From NCBI GenBank assembly GCA_951406725.2, contig OX597814.1, positions 120,280,001-120,344,000 of the forward strand: 64,000 nt of DNA, in the 5' to 3' direction. Under the pieces are notes generated by a model that saw nothing but the letters and a program-made list of their open reading frames with translations, was not told where the DNA came from and did not search any database. Below are positions 13,815 through 27,389 of this stretch, one piece after another; position 1 is the first letter of the stretch; each line of letters begins with the position of its first letter. Made by a program: the position numbers and the translations under genes. The stretch comes from Octopus vulgaris. Taxonomy: Eukaryota.

Positions 13815-14982
13815 GTCACTGATCGAAGTAAATATTTTAAAAAACTTTCAAAGACTTGCATCTAATGTAAAACGCAATATTTTTTAATAACCAATGGATA
13901 TAAGGGAGGCAATCAATTTCTCAAAGTTACTTTGCAAAAAGTTACCTGCCATCTCCACGTAACCTATGGATGACTGCTTTATGCCCCCAAGGGAGCCTGT
14001 TACTCATTGTGTTAAAGCTTTGAAGGGGCTAAAATCATCCCTGGAACATAATTAATGTATGTTCCCAATCTGGAAGAAGTCAGTTAAAAACTAGGACCCT
14101 TATAATCCTTTACACACACGCACAGCGGGATTGATATTATAGATTAGCAACACGTTATAATTAGTTGCAAGCCTCGTTGAGGTAAGTACATGTATGATTC
14201 TGATGTCCAACATATATTTCGCAAAATTACAGTTTGTTATTATATTCTAATTTATATTCGAATTTCGTAGAATATGTATGTGTGGGTGTATATATATATA
14301 TATCAATAAAGATATTATTATTAATAAAATAATTATTGTTATAAGTTGCTAGGAAGCATAAAAACCAAAAAGGAAATTTATATATTTATAGACATAATTA
14401 TAATTAAATGTACCAGATAGTCCTATTACCAGCGTTGCTAAAAATAAGAGTCGAAAAATAATGAATTTATAAACTTTATAAATGAGTCGTAACATGCTCA
14501 AATATAAATTCATAAATTTATAAATTTATCATTTTACCTTTTTAATTGTTCTGCTTGGTAGCCACTTATATTATTATTATTTGATTAATAATGATATCGT
14601 TATTTATGTATAATAATACATTACGATTGTTTGAATTTAGCGGTAGTAGTTTTATAATTTAACCAAGTATGATGAAGAGGGTAATAGTTTAACACCAGGC
14701 AGTGAGACCCACTGATGAGGATTAATAGTATTATCTCAGAGTTGAAAATCACATGTTATCGGCATATCTGCAAATATTTAAATATTATTTCTTAAATAAC
14801 GTCGCAATGGTAGTATGGCTACTTACTCGCTTCTCAAGTTCGTCAGCTTGTTGAATTTTCAGAGATAATTTAGATTTTTATTTCTAGCAAATCTGGTACT
14901 ATATGGTACTCTCTGTATTATAATATAACTATAATTATATAGATACATATATACATACATATATAAATACATATATAAATAC

Positions 14983-15013
<31 letters not shown>

Positions 15014-15321
15014 CGTTGGCATGTATATGCATATATTCATGCATTGATGCACCACAATATTATGAATATCATCCTATACATAAACGATAATCGCAGGATG
15101 ATGTCGAAACTATTGTCGTATGGAATAAAGACTCATACGAAATCTATCTTCTAATTCATTTATCAATTATTATCTCAACTGACACTGTGGAATTTGTGAA
15201 GTGGATCCAACGGAAATATACTCAACCTGCATATGACACCACGTAGACCAAAACCGTGTCTGTGCTTTACTCAACACATTTCCACACTGTTTGACAAATT
15301 CCCATTTTTCCAAAAGATTGC

Positions 15322-15383
<62 letters not shown>

Positions 15384-15950
15384 GAGAGAGAGGGAGAGAG
15401 AAATAGTAAACGAGAGGGACGTAGAGAGAGAATGTCACTTACATATATACATATATACTCATACATAAAGCCATACAGCACATACACGCGCAGACATACT
15501 TTCAATTCCATCTAAATAGATTTTGTATTGATCAAAATCTTGGTCTCCCTTCTCCATAAACATCCTCCGCACCCCATATCTCTTCTGTCCCTCTTCTCTT
15601 TCTCCCTCTCCATCCACCCTCTCTCTCTCTCTCTCTCTCTCAAACACTCCCATTCACTGTCACTTTCTTTCAAGAAACACTGCATACGTATGCACGTTTA
15701 CTAAAAATTAATGTGGAGAAGTATGTGTGTGAATATTATTTCTTAAATTTGTCTTAGTTTAAATATTTCCTAAGAGAAAAATTACCTATTGATTTTTCGC
15801 AATATAATAATTAGTGCGTATAAATATATTTAACTTTCGGTTAGTTTGTTCCTTGTAGCCTCTTTATAGCTCCAAGTCCTAATTTCGGCATGCATCTTCA
15901 AACGCCGTTTTCATCTCATTTTTTCATATATATACAAGCATATACATACA

Positions 15951-15992
<42 letters not shown>

Positions 15993-16089
15993 CATATACA
16001 TATATATAGAGAGATAGGAAGATAGATATAGAGAGATAGATAGATAGATATATAGATAGATAGATAGATAGATATACAGATAGATAGGT

Positions 16090-16129
<40 letters not shown>

Positions 16130-17742
16130 GTTTACTCTCCCCCTTAGCTATGTGAAATAACATTACATTTGAAGCTGGATATGGTAATTTTTTACAATCT
16201 CAGAACGTATAACATTTTTTTCCTACGTTTTATACAAATTAAAATATTTTTGGCTCAAAGCCCTGACGATGTAGAAATTAAGTTACTGTGCTTAAATATA
16301 TTTTTCTCCTTGACTTTGGCAATTCTTCTGAGATTACAAAAATGTAATACGCTTTTAAATTTACATACACGCTCATATATCTATGTGTGCATATACATAT
16401 GTAAGTATATATGTATAAGTATACATGTACATACATATATATATATATATGTATATATATATATTTATTTATTTATATGTGTGTATATATGTATACGTGT
16501 ATGTATATATATATACAAATTGAAATTTATATACGTTTGTATGTATGTATTATGTATGTATACATGTATATATGTATGTATGTATGCATACATATATACA
16601 TTTTTGGTTACCGAAAATAAACTACAAAAAATTCTCAATGTTTTATTTTTCTAGGTTACTTCCTGAACAACGTCAAACATATTGCAGTTTACATTTATGT
16701 GACTTGTTCTGACTTACCGATGTAGGCTCCGCATTTTAACCATTATTGATATACCAATCGCTCTTCAATTTTATTCGAATTTGTCAGCACACCACGTGTT
16801 TTAGACATGTGTTCATTTTGAGTGTCAATACATATCTTAGGTGCATATACCCTCACATAATTTCGGGCCGTAGAAATCTTCTGAATCTTCTGCCAGTCGG
16901 AAACTGAACGTAAGGCGACACAAATACTATGCACGCACACATATATACAACTCACGTGCACATAAACACACGTACATACACCCACATATTTCTGTTCATT
17001 GATTCAGTCATTGCATTGTGGCTTGGCAGAGCTTTGAACAACGGCTTTAATAGAATTACCCATAACACTTTATTTTCTAAAGCCTATTGCTTCTCATCTG
17101 TGGTTTTTTGCCGACCTTCTAAGTTACTTTAAGTTATACGTTCGTATGACCATAATTCATGGCCTAATGTTTTCCTAATAATTAATGCTGGATGAAATTT
17201 TCAAATTTTAGAAATAGAATTTCTATAGTACCTGTTTTTTCATCGAAGATTATTCTTTGTTAGGTGATCAGCAAGCAAAACGAGTGATGTTTGTTTATAT
17301 TCCCAAAATTATACTCATCATTTCAGTATGAGAATAGTTCCTGGAGCATGAGACAACAGAAATTATGACAAATTTTATTCATATGTCCCGGTGTTCATGT
17401 AAAGAATTTTAGTGTAGCATGTGCTGTAAAGCGAATTTAACATTCTGTATTGCATATGACCAGGTATATACTAAAACACTTGTACCAAGCGCGGTTATAA
17501 TTATGGAGCATTGGAATTCCGAATTATACGCCCGAATGATCGTTGTGAGAAATGTTATAATGAAATGCACAAATATAATATACACCAAATAACCACTTAT
17601 TTTTCTCGGATATATTTAAGCGGGAGTGTAAACAGAGCCTGGAAGATTGCTTTAAGATACAGGGCATATTTTATAAATATACCTGCTCCTATATCATAAT
17701 AGCATGAAACAATTAGCAGCTCTTTTCTTTTGTGGATTTAAG

Positions 17743-17804
<62 letters not shown>

Positions 17805-18698
17805 ATAAGTGTGCGTGTGTGGATAGTATCAATATTTATATTGTGGCAAGGGTTTAACTAATTTTAAAATTGTATATCAACCAATATTTTAGAAGAAGTA
17901 ATTTTCGACATAAAAATTATTTCTTTATTATAATTTTTCTTTTTACTCTCGTGTTTTATTTAAAAGAATGTAATTTAAATAAAAAAAAAACAACTACGTC
18001 ATATGGCATACATAGATATTCTAATAATTTAATGTTTTTTCAATGATGCTCTCATAGATATATTTGAATGATTGTACCCGTTGGTACATCACTTTCGTAT
18101 TTGTGTTTTTGTTGAGAAATGCACATTTCTTGTTTTAAATTTTCAGCAATAATTATCTGAAATATCATTTTTTAATAACTTCAGAATATCCAATTATTTC
18201 ATTTGACAAGTATTGTACTATCGATTTTATTGAAATTCTAGTTGAGTACAAAGATACACATACAGAGAAATATTCAATGTTTCACACGACGAACGGACAT
18301 CTAATGTATAAGCGTGGATAAATACAAATCTGCCATGCCAAAGGGCATAAAAATGACTGCATTTTAAAGAAATTTGAAACGTAAATTGTAGGGTTTCTCT
18401 TCCCTTCACACTCTTACTAATAACTTTTTTCTTTAACAACCATGAGTAGGTCAGGCTGTTGTGGATTAAGTTCTGGAAGGAAATCTGTCGTTGAAGTCTA
18501 CATAACCCTTGCGATTTGATGGTTTGTCTGGAGCCCAATCTGTTATAAGTACTTGCGTAAGTCTCCGATATGATTATTCGTCCTTCTCTTCGTTCTGCTT
18601 TACCACAATCCACTAATTATCACGCAGTTATTGATATTCCATTTCTAGCAATATTTAGGAAGATAATTTATAAAAGGTAAGTAAATATTCTTAACAGT

Positions 18699-18960
18699 GG
18701 AGGCGCGTGGCTTAGTGGTTAGGGTGTCAGCATCATGATCGTAATATTGTGGGTTCGATTCCTGGGCCGGGTGACGCGTTGTTTTCTTGAGCAAAACACT
18801 TCATTTCATGTTGCCCCAGTCCGCTCAGCTGCCAAAAATGAGTAACACCACGATGGACTGGCGTCCTGTCCAGCTGCGGAACACATATGCCACTGAAACC
18901 GGAAAACCGGGCCCATGAGCCTGGCTAGGCTTTAAAAAAGGCGCATTTATTTATTTATTT
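18699..18960 (+). mobile_element. Full-length tRNA-derived SINE family B with 14-bp TSD
   Basis: A box GTGGCTTAGTGG, B box GGTTCGATTCC, (ATTT)n tail. TAAATATTCTTAAC repeated at 18682-18695 and 18963-18976. Confidence 0.92.
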
Positions 18961-20063
18961 GTTAAATATTCTTAACGGAAGGCAAACACGTAGGTATAAT
19001 ATATGATTTTTAATGATTAATTCGTAAAGCTGTTCCGTTGATTCATTGAATAAAAATCACTACCATCTGATTCGCAGTAGCTTTGGATGTTCAGTATTCG
19101 AAAGAAACATGTTCAATGCTACAACTCTCTTAAAAATCTGTTCTGGTTACTCATTGTTGCAAACTTTATTTCTCGCATGATATAATGTTATGTAAAATAT
19201 AGCATGTATTGTATTTAGGTATTAGAATGTCGAAAGATATTCCGTACAATGTTTAACTTTTAATGATTTCAAAACCCGTTGAGGCCGGCACATCGGTATC
19301 GATACATAGTAATCGATACTTAGTATTCTGGCAGTGTTTCATAACAGATTGAGGTATCAGTCAGTGCAAAGTTTCTCTGTATTTTAAATCACGTACCCCG
19401 TTACTTGGGGAGTTGGCCCTTGGGAAGGTGCAAATTGGCAGCAGGCTCACAAAATAATTAAATGGGTACTCGAAATGATTTCGATCAATATTACCACTAA
19501 CAGTCCGCAACCTAGTAGGAACTGAAACATCTATTTCAATTCCTATACGAATTCTCTCAATGATCTCTCTCACTCTTACTCATTCTTTTCTGTTTACTTC
19601 CTCTCTCACACTCTTCGCCTCACTTTCTCTCTCATGCACACATTCTTCTCTCTCCTCATAACATACTTTACTTCTCATATTATAATTCAGATACACATCA
19701 CCTACTCATTCACTCCAGAATGCATAACTCTTTTCTTTCTGCGTCTATACCAGTTGAATTTCTAAATCAAAGAAGGAACACTCGACAAGGAATGACGGAC
19801 GAGGCAACGTTACTCAAATAGTTCGTGAAATGTTCTCTCCATAGGGAAAACAAAACACAGTACACTGAGGTTACATATTTGTATATTCAGCAGATGATCG
19901 GACATCAGGGGAAATCTAAGACACAAGAATAAACTCTCTTTTAACAGCTAGTTTGCATTTGCATAATTATTGCAGACACTACCGTTCGCCGGGCAGTTGA
20001 GAATAAAGGAGACTATTCTACCTGTGGCACTCAAGTACACACATTATACATACATATATACAT

Positions 20064-20095
<32 letters not shown>

Positions 20096-21491
20096 GTGCA
20101 TGCATGTGTGTATGACAGGCCATAGATATGACCTCCCGTGATATTGACTTCACTTTTGTTGCGTCGGTGTACTGATTTTTCTTCTCCAAAATCGGTTACA
20201 TTTATGATACAAATTCGTTCTATTTTTCGCTTTAAGTCGTGAAATGAAATCCCGTTGTAATACATAACATATTATTAATAATCCACTTTTGTTACTATAA
20301 CCATTGTTTGAAATGCATTTCGGATGCCATGATTGTAAAGTTGAATATGTAACGGAATCAATTTAATCGTTTTTTAAAAAAAATATGTGTGATTGAAACT
20401 TGTTTGTGTAAATTGATATCATATTATTTCTTAACGTCAATCTGGATTGGTATCCAGAGTTGAATCTCTCAGAAAATCAATACGTATTGTTTACACTGCA
20501 TCAATAAAAAAAATTATTCATATCTCCAGGCACGATGACATTTCGGAAGTGGTTATTGCTTTACTCTCCTGCCATCAAATCAGTTCAGCGCAGTTATCTT
20601 CTCGCAAATAATATTTCTAAATAAAATAATGTTTTTCGAGTCAATTGGGGTTTGCACTCTTGCAAAAGCTCTTATTGGATAATAACTTCTTTGTGGTTCC
20701 ATATAACATAGTTCCCTTCGGTTTTGTCATATTTTCAACAAAAAAAAAAAAAAAATATATGTGAAATACATTTCCAGAGTAAATGTATTTTTCATGGAAC
20801 CATTATCAATTATTGAACACAAATTCTATGTCTACACTTCTGTTTATATGTGTTTCTGTGCATAAATATATTTGTATCTCTTGATGTTTTGTTTTGATTA
20901 TTATGTGGAATTATTTATCACATATTTCTCGTAGCAATCCCAGCTGTATATTCCATATTCAGCATTATTTATGAGCTCATGAATATATCTAAGCAGATAC
21001 ATACGGGTGTATCTAGGATAGATTTAGTGTTAATCTATTGAGTGTTAATTAATCAAAATATATTATCCTTATTAACAGGTATTTGCTTTCAACAGTAACG
21101 TGCAAATTTTGCGTTGAATACGAACCCTTCTAAATGCAATACTATTGATTTAATGGTTGTTTTTGTTAAATATTTCTTTGTATATCATATGTCGAAATAA
21201 CACCTTATTATAAAGTTCAACGTTTTTCGAATCAATATAATCACGGATATGAGCATTGCTCTGGATTATGAACTAAACCACAGATATCATTCTGGTGTAT
21301 ACACATTATACTGAAAACGTAAGATTCTCTCGAATTTCTCTATTTACTAATGAAAGTATATAGAAGATTAATTTTAGGAAAATATATAAAGAGAGATATG
21401 TACAGTATTACTTAATTTTATATTTGTGGAATGCGTGCAATTACATTCTTACTTAGCTGCAAAATTAATCTAATATACACATTGCTTATAA

Positions 21492-21575
21492 ATGTTTGGA
21501 TTTCCCAAATGTATAATAAATTTTTTATTGTGTATTTTGCTATTATCTGGTGACATTTTTTTGGTGGGGGCGCTG
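21492..21575 (+). other. Candidate first coding exon (signal-peptide-like)
   Basis: ATG start, MFGFPKCIINFLLCILLLSGDIFLVGAL, ending at a CTG|gtatgt donor. Could be chance in T-rich DNA. Confidence 0.2.
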
Positions 21576-21929
21576 GTATGTCCGTTAAATTCTATGAAAG
21601 CAAAACTGTGCTGTATAAATCAGACTATGATAAATCATTTAAAAAGTTTGAATAATTTCATCAGATTACCATAAGACGAAATCCAATTTCTAAATACCAA
21701 GTTTTACAATAATCTTTTGCAGCTCAGATTACGTAATAAAGCAACTCCGTCGCATTCTTTATTCTGAATGGATATTCCAACTTAAGCATTTTTTCGGGTC
21801 ATAGTAAGGTTTCTTTTTCTCTTCGTGTGAGACTATATAATGCATTAAAACATACAATCCGCACATGAATCCGTTTATCTCTTCATCTCTCTCTCACTTT
21901 CCGCTCTCTCTCACACACACACACACACA

Positions 21930-22005
<76 letters not shown>

Positions 22006-22200
22006 GTGTGTATATATATATACTAATATATGATGCTGTATTTTTACAAAAAAATTTCATCAAAAAAGTGGCAGCATATTAAAATACCATTAAAGGTTAA
22101 AATTATAAACAACGTATAAACCAGGGCCATAGAAAATTAAAAGTCTGTTATCAACATATTGGCATAGAAATAATTTTCTTTTGCCCTTGTTTATAAGTTG

Positions 22201-22274
<74 letters not shown>

Positions 22275-22280
<6 letters not shown>

Positions 22281-22652
22281 GGCAAAAATACGTCACGTTG
22301 TGTTACCGCTACTGTATATAACTCACATTGATATTTATCATTGTTTGATTTCACTTTTTCAATATCAGCGACAGTGGACGCTGGAAAAAGTATAAGTATT
22401 TGTGAAGGAAATCTAATTCTCGGCGACAACTATGATTGTCACACGCTGACGAGAGGTCAATACCTCGAAACTCGAGTCCGTGTGTATCATAAGTTGAAGA
22501 CGGGAAGGATGACTTCCCTTTGCAAATACTGACAGGACACAGAAAGTGTGTCTATGGCCAGCTGGAGGAGTGTGTCCTCCTGGGGCTAAAAACTACAGTA
22601 GCATCCACCCTTAGGGGTTAGCCATATTGAAATGGCAAAAATACGTCACGTT
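22275..22652 (+). mobile_element. HHR-bearing non-autonomous Penelope-like/retrozyme element (family H1), 353-nt unit with 25-nt terminal redundancy, inserted in (TA)n
   Basis: Perfect direct repeat TGAAATGGCAAAAATACGTCACGTT at 22275-22299 and 22628-22652, TA tracts on both sides, intact HHR inside. Confidence 0.82.
22440..22484 (+). ncRNA. Minimal type I hammerhead ribozyme, intact core
   Basis: CACACG-CTGACGA-GAGGT(caat)ACCTC-GAAA-C(tcga)G-TC-CGTGTG. 6-bp stem I (extendable tatgat/atcata), 5-bp stem II, palindromic stem III ACTCGAGT, GUC cleavage after 22478. Confidence 0.92.
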
Positions 22653-24821
22653 ATATATATATATATATTGTAGGGTGTATACGTATGTGTGTGTGGGGTG
22701 TATGAATATGAGTGTGTATTTACATGGCTGGAGAAGAGTACAGGATGTTCACAACATGAACGTCTTAATCAAGATTAACCATGTTATGATAAACGAGTGC
22801 TGTAGAATATTTTATACACCCACACATTGTTACTCATGAATAAATTGTTTTATGTATTTTATGCATATTACTCTTTCAGTTATTTCTCTACGAACTATGA
22901 TAGAGAATTTTGTCATTCAAATAAAACATACGTAATGACACGAAAAGGAAACTGAATTTTGCAATTTCACATAGAAATATATTTTTGAAAAATACACACT
23001 ATAAATATCGTGATGGGTTAAATATAATTCTAATTAAAAAAGTAATTACATTAAAACTCATCAGTTGAACATCACTAATGTCATTACACAATTATATCAC
23101 AAAAGTTTCATCGAAGATTAATACATGCATGTGTGTATCTAAAAATGAATTTGCTTGGGCGTGTGTTTATATGTGTATGAGTGTTTGCGAGAGAAAATGC
23201 TAAAGATGAACGGGAGAAAATAGATTAGTCTTTTAATGCGAGCAGAGAGCTATAATATATTTGATAGAAAGTACACAAATCTGTAAACCGAGATTCTCGT
23301 GTAAGATATGTTCATGAAATAGAAGAATGGTGCATTAAACAGGTAATTGAATGACTTGCACTTTAGATATTCACTACAAGAAAATTTTAAGCTTGATTTT
23401 TTTCTCTTTCTCACGTGCACAGTGCATCACTTCAATGAAAAATAATTCTCCTGCAATTATGATCCGATATCGTTATAAACAATTCGTAATTAAACGATAT
23501 TTACATTTAGAAAGTATTGTTTTATCGTGGTATGCTTACAAAAAAAAAAAAAAAAACAAACCGCTGCATTCGAATCTCACACTGAATTCACTGACAAGAG
23601 AAATGAATTATCTGAAATGTTTACGATATTAGATTAGAATTAAAATATTTCTTCGTTGATATCCCGTTCGGCAATTGTCTTTCTGGTTAAAAGTTGAAGT
23701 AATGAAAATGAAATTAAACACTATTAATGGAGATAAAATTTACAACTAGTATCATGCAAATGGAGCTTTAAATAATGGAAGTATCGAGATAAAGAGAAGT
23801 ATTTTATGTGCAATACAATATTGCATATTTTCCAAAAAGATGCGTATGCACATACTCATTCCAGATAAGAACACTGACTGTTCATCAGATTGTAGAAATC
23901 TTCACACAAACAGTGTATCTCTGTAATAAACAGTAATTCCTATTATAAATGCATACATATATATATTGATTTGATAATTACGAATCGAATTAGACGTCTA
24001 TTAATAAGAATGTTTGTAATAGACAAATGACGTTTATTACGTCGAAATTTACACTTTTCTAATATATTTCTAGCACTACAAGAACGGGCATGCCGAACAT
24101 ATATTGTCTTAGTACACAAAGAAAGCAGCGAGGTTGAAAAAAAAATGTTAATCATAAGAATATATGCGGAAATTGGCATCGTAAATAAATCGCATATATT
24201 ATAATTACAATCTACATAACACACAATAGAATAGAAATGCTTCTCATGAATTGCCTAGATATTTTCTTTAATGAAGATGGCAGAATATCATTTCAAAGCA
24301 AAAAGTGCCTTATTTCTCGGCGAGAAAAATATTGAAATGAAGAAAATTTTAGATATGAACATTAAGTATACACACACACACACACACGCATGCATGCACG
24401 CACGCACTAACGCACGCACGCACACACGCACACACACAACACAAACAAACGCACGCAAACACACACACACACATGAAAACGAGTAACAAAATTGTGTACG
24501 TCAATTGATTCCGACCGTTTCGAGCAAAACCATTCTCATAAGATTACTGCATAGACCAATCATTAAGGACAAGTTATTAATATGGATATTGATGATATTC
24601 ATATCATCAATAGAGTGCAAATATTTACAATGCTTCCGCTGCTAAATTTTATGGCAGAATGAAAAAAGGACAGCCAGAAATTAGTATATAGCTAACAGAT
24701 ATAACTAAATAATGGAAATTTCGCTGTAGCCATTATATATCTATATATTTACACTGTACTTTAACGGTATAAATGAAATTAGGTTAAAACATACTCTGTC
24801 TGCATAAAACTGTCTGCAAGC

Positions 24822-25278
24822 AATAATAAATCTCTGAACGAGATGTAAACAGTAACTGCTCGACAACTTAAAGTATACTAGCCATCTCAATATGGCTAAC
24901 CACTAAGGGTGGGTGTTACTGTAGCTTCTAGCCCCAGAGTTTTTCGAAATCAGTGACGGAAGTTACTCGAAAACAATAGGTATCTGCAAACAGGTCTCCC
25001 TTTCATCGTAAACAGGTGACTGCCGTACGCCGAAGACAGGCAAATACCTAGAAACTGCAGTCCGTGCGTGTCACCTAGGTTTACGAGAGAGGGATGACCT
25101 CCCTTTGCAAATACCAGAAAGGCACAGAAAGTATATCTAAAGCCAGCTGAAGACGATGATCTTCTGGGGCTAGATGCTACAGTAACACCCACCCTTAGTG
25201 GTTAGCCACATTGAGATGGCTAGTATACTTTACGTTGTTGAGCAGTTACTGTTTACATCTCGTTCAGAGATTTATTAT

Positions 25279-25282
<4 letters not shown>
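24822..25282 (+). mobile_element. Family H1 element with 117-bp inverted terminal repeats, ending at (TA)n
   Basis: 24822-24938 is the near-perfect reverse complement of 25163-25279. The interior is homologous to 22430-22650. Confidence 0.85.
25024..25068 (+). ncRNA. Decayed minimal type I hammerhead (core CCGAAGA)
   Basis: CGTACG-CCGAAGA-CAGGC(aaat)ACCTA-GAAA-C(tgca)G-TC-CGTGCG. Palindromic stem III ACTGCAGT, U4->C core change; extended stem I gtaaacaggtgac/gtcacctaggtttac. Confidence 0.78.
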
Positions 25283-25344
<62 letters not shown>

Positions 25345-27308
25345 TATACATATATATATATACATATTGTGACACAGCTATTAAGGAGAAAAGACGGCAC
25401 GCGGTGTAATACGATGGAAAGTAAATAAATAGAAACAAAGAAAATATAGGCTAAGTAGGGAGGTAATGACTTTGTCTTAAAACTAATATATGAATATATA
25501 TATATATATATATATATACACAAAACTTAGTTGGAGTTATATTAAGATATATAAAAAATATTGTAAAATGTCCCACTGGTTCCGCGAAAATGAAACCGGT
25601 ATGACTATATATATATTTAGCCCGTCTATGATCTTACACGTGACATTAAATGTAGTAATTAAATTTCCCTCAAGTCACATGCAATTAATTTTGTGGTTGA
25701 TTTTAACCATGGTCTTTAAAGTCTAGCGTGAGTAGGGAAATAAACGCTACCATCATATATTATATTTGCAAAGTAGCGTATTCCTTTCCTGATTTAAATG
25801 TTTAGGAACAGGAGAAGGGAATTCTTCATTGTACTTGTAGAGGTTTAGGGATTTTTTGAAACAACAGTAGAGTTTATTGCTATCAGCAAAAAGGATGGTA
25901 ATAGTACTTGCATCTAGATGTGGTGATGCAGCGGGTTATGTATTTATTATCAACCTCCAACGAAAGAACTTTCTCTCTGACGAGACTCCCTCGTAGGAAA
26001 ATGCATTTTTTTAATGTTAATATGACCCTTTGCTGGTGACGCGTCAAAATGAAAGCATATTAAACGATAATATATCAATCAATTGATTGCCTATTTCATT
26101 AAGAATTATACTAATAGTAAAATATTAACTGTACTTGTGATTTATTTACGGAATGATACATAAAAATTTCATCCTACACATCAAGAATCTCGCAAGACAA
26201 TGGTAAGCATTCATACATATATGTATGCTTGTATGCATGAGTATTTGTATGAGCGTATATGTGCATATATTAGTGTACCTGTGTATGTGTTCGCATAGAA
26301 ACTTATACAAGAATAGATATATTTAAAAGTGTCATTTTGATATAGTTGATGGTAGGTAGGAGCATTCTAAAATATTCTTCAATGCTTTATTGTGGTGCAA
26401 GCTTACATTGATTCACAAAGATTGAGAAAGGCGCCATATGAACATCAATTGTGATTATGTTATGAAAGGCATTATACTAAAAGCATAAGAATTGCTTATT
26501 TGCTTCTGTATAGAATGCAACGTCAAGGAGAACATTATGTAGAAATGTAAAAACGAATCCGTAATTTTTGTACAATGGAAATCATCTGCGATTTTTGAAA
26601 CAACGGAAAAACAAAACAAAGCAAAATATGATCTCTAGCTATGCATCTGTTACTCTACATTATTATCAACAAAAATTGTCGTGAGACTTCGAATATTCAA
26701 TGCGAACATTGCTTTATTGAACATGACGTAAATTGACAATATATTCACAATAAATGCATATAATCGCCACATATAATGGACGATGTAAATGTATGGAGAA
26801 ATATTCTGATGGAGACTGAATAAATAATATGTAAGAGAATTTAGTGCTCTTGTTGGAGGATAGTTAGCAGCAATCAAAATATATTATTGACAATAATCGA
26901 GTAAAAACTTTATATGCAAAATATATATTTCATCAATTGTAAAACACCCACAAGCGTTTTGATGGAGCTATTGTATCCGAGATTGGTAAGTGAGAATTCA
27001 AATCTGCATGTGACGCCGAGTTTCTACATGTGACAGAGATAAAATCTTTCAATAAGTAAGAAAAAAGAAAACACAATAATAAAAAAGGCATTGATGCGCT
27101 GAAAGGTATAGAATGTCTTCGTATTGTTGAATGAATTTCCAAGTTAATATAGTTAAATGCATTTTCTGGGGGTGTCGTGTCTTCGGATGTGGAGAAATCA
27201 TTTCAACAAAAATAAATCTTAATGAAACATACTTGTCTCTTAAAAATTAAAGTATCCTTTTATTTAAAAATAATACGTAACTGCTAGATTATTTTACACA
27301 CACGCACA

Positions 27309-27377
<69 letters not shown>

Positions 27378-27389
27378 TGAGAGAGAGAT

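Noticed and set aside
14705-14750. CTGATGA followed by hairpin GGATTAATA/TATTATCT
   Set aside because: No GAAA, stem III or stem I partner in register; at best half a decayed HHR.
16258-16292. CTGACGA-TGTA-GAAA
   Set aside because: No stem II, non-palindromic stem III and poor stem I; likely chance.
17263-17330. Peptide GDQQAKRVMFVYIPKIILIISV, faintly like TMEM181; also RYFLVITHPLKH near 40512, faintly GPCR-like
   Set aside because: Too short, followed by stops, and no supporting neighbouring exons; cannot assign.
22508-22555. ATGAC-N10-AAA (also near 25095), resembling a SECIS element
   Set aside because: Helix II pairing is weak, the 3' GA quartet is missing, and the motif is absent in the 55.6-kb copy.
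25970-26012. CTGACGA..GAAA-ATGCAT-TT with a palindromic stem III-like segment
   Set aside because: Neither stem I nor stem II pairs, and there is no repeat context.
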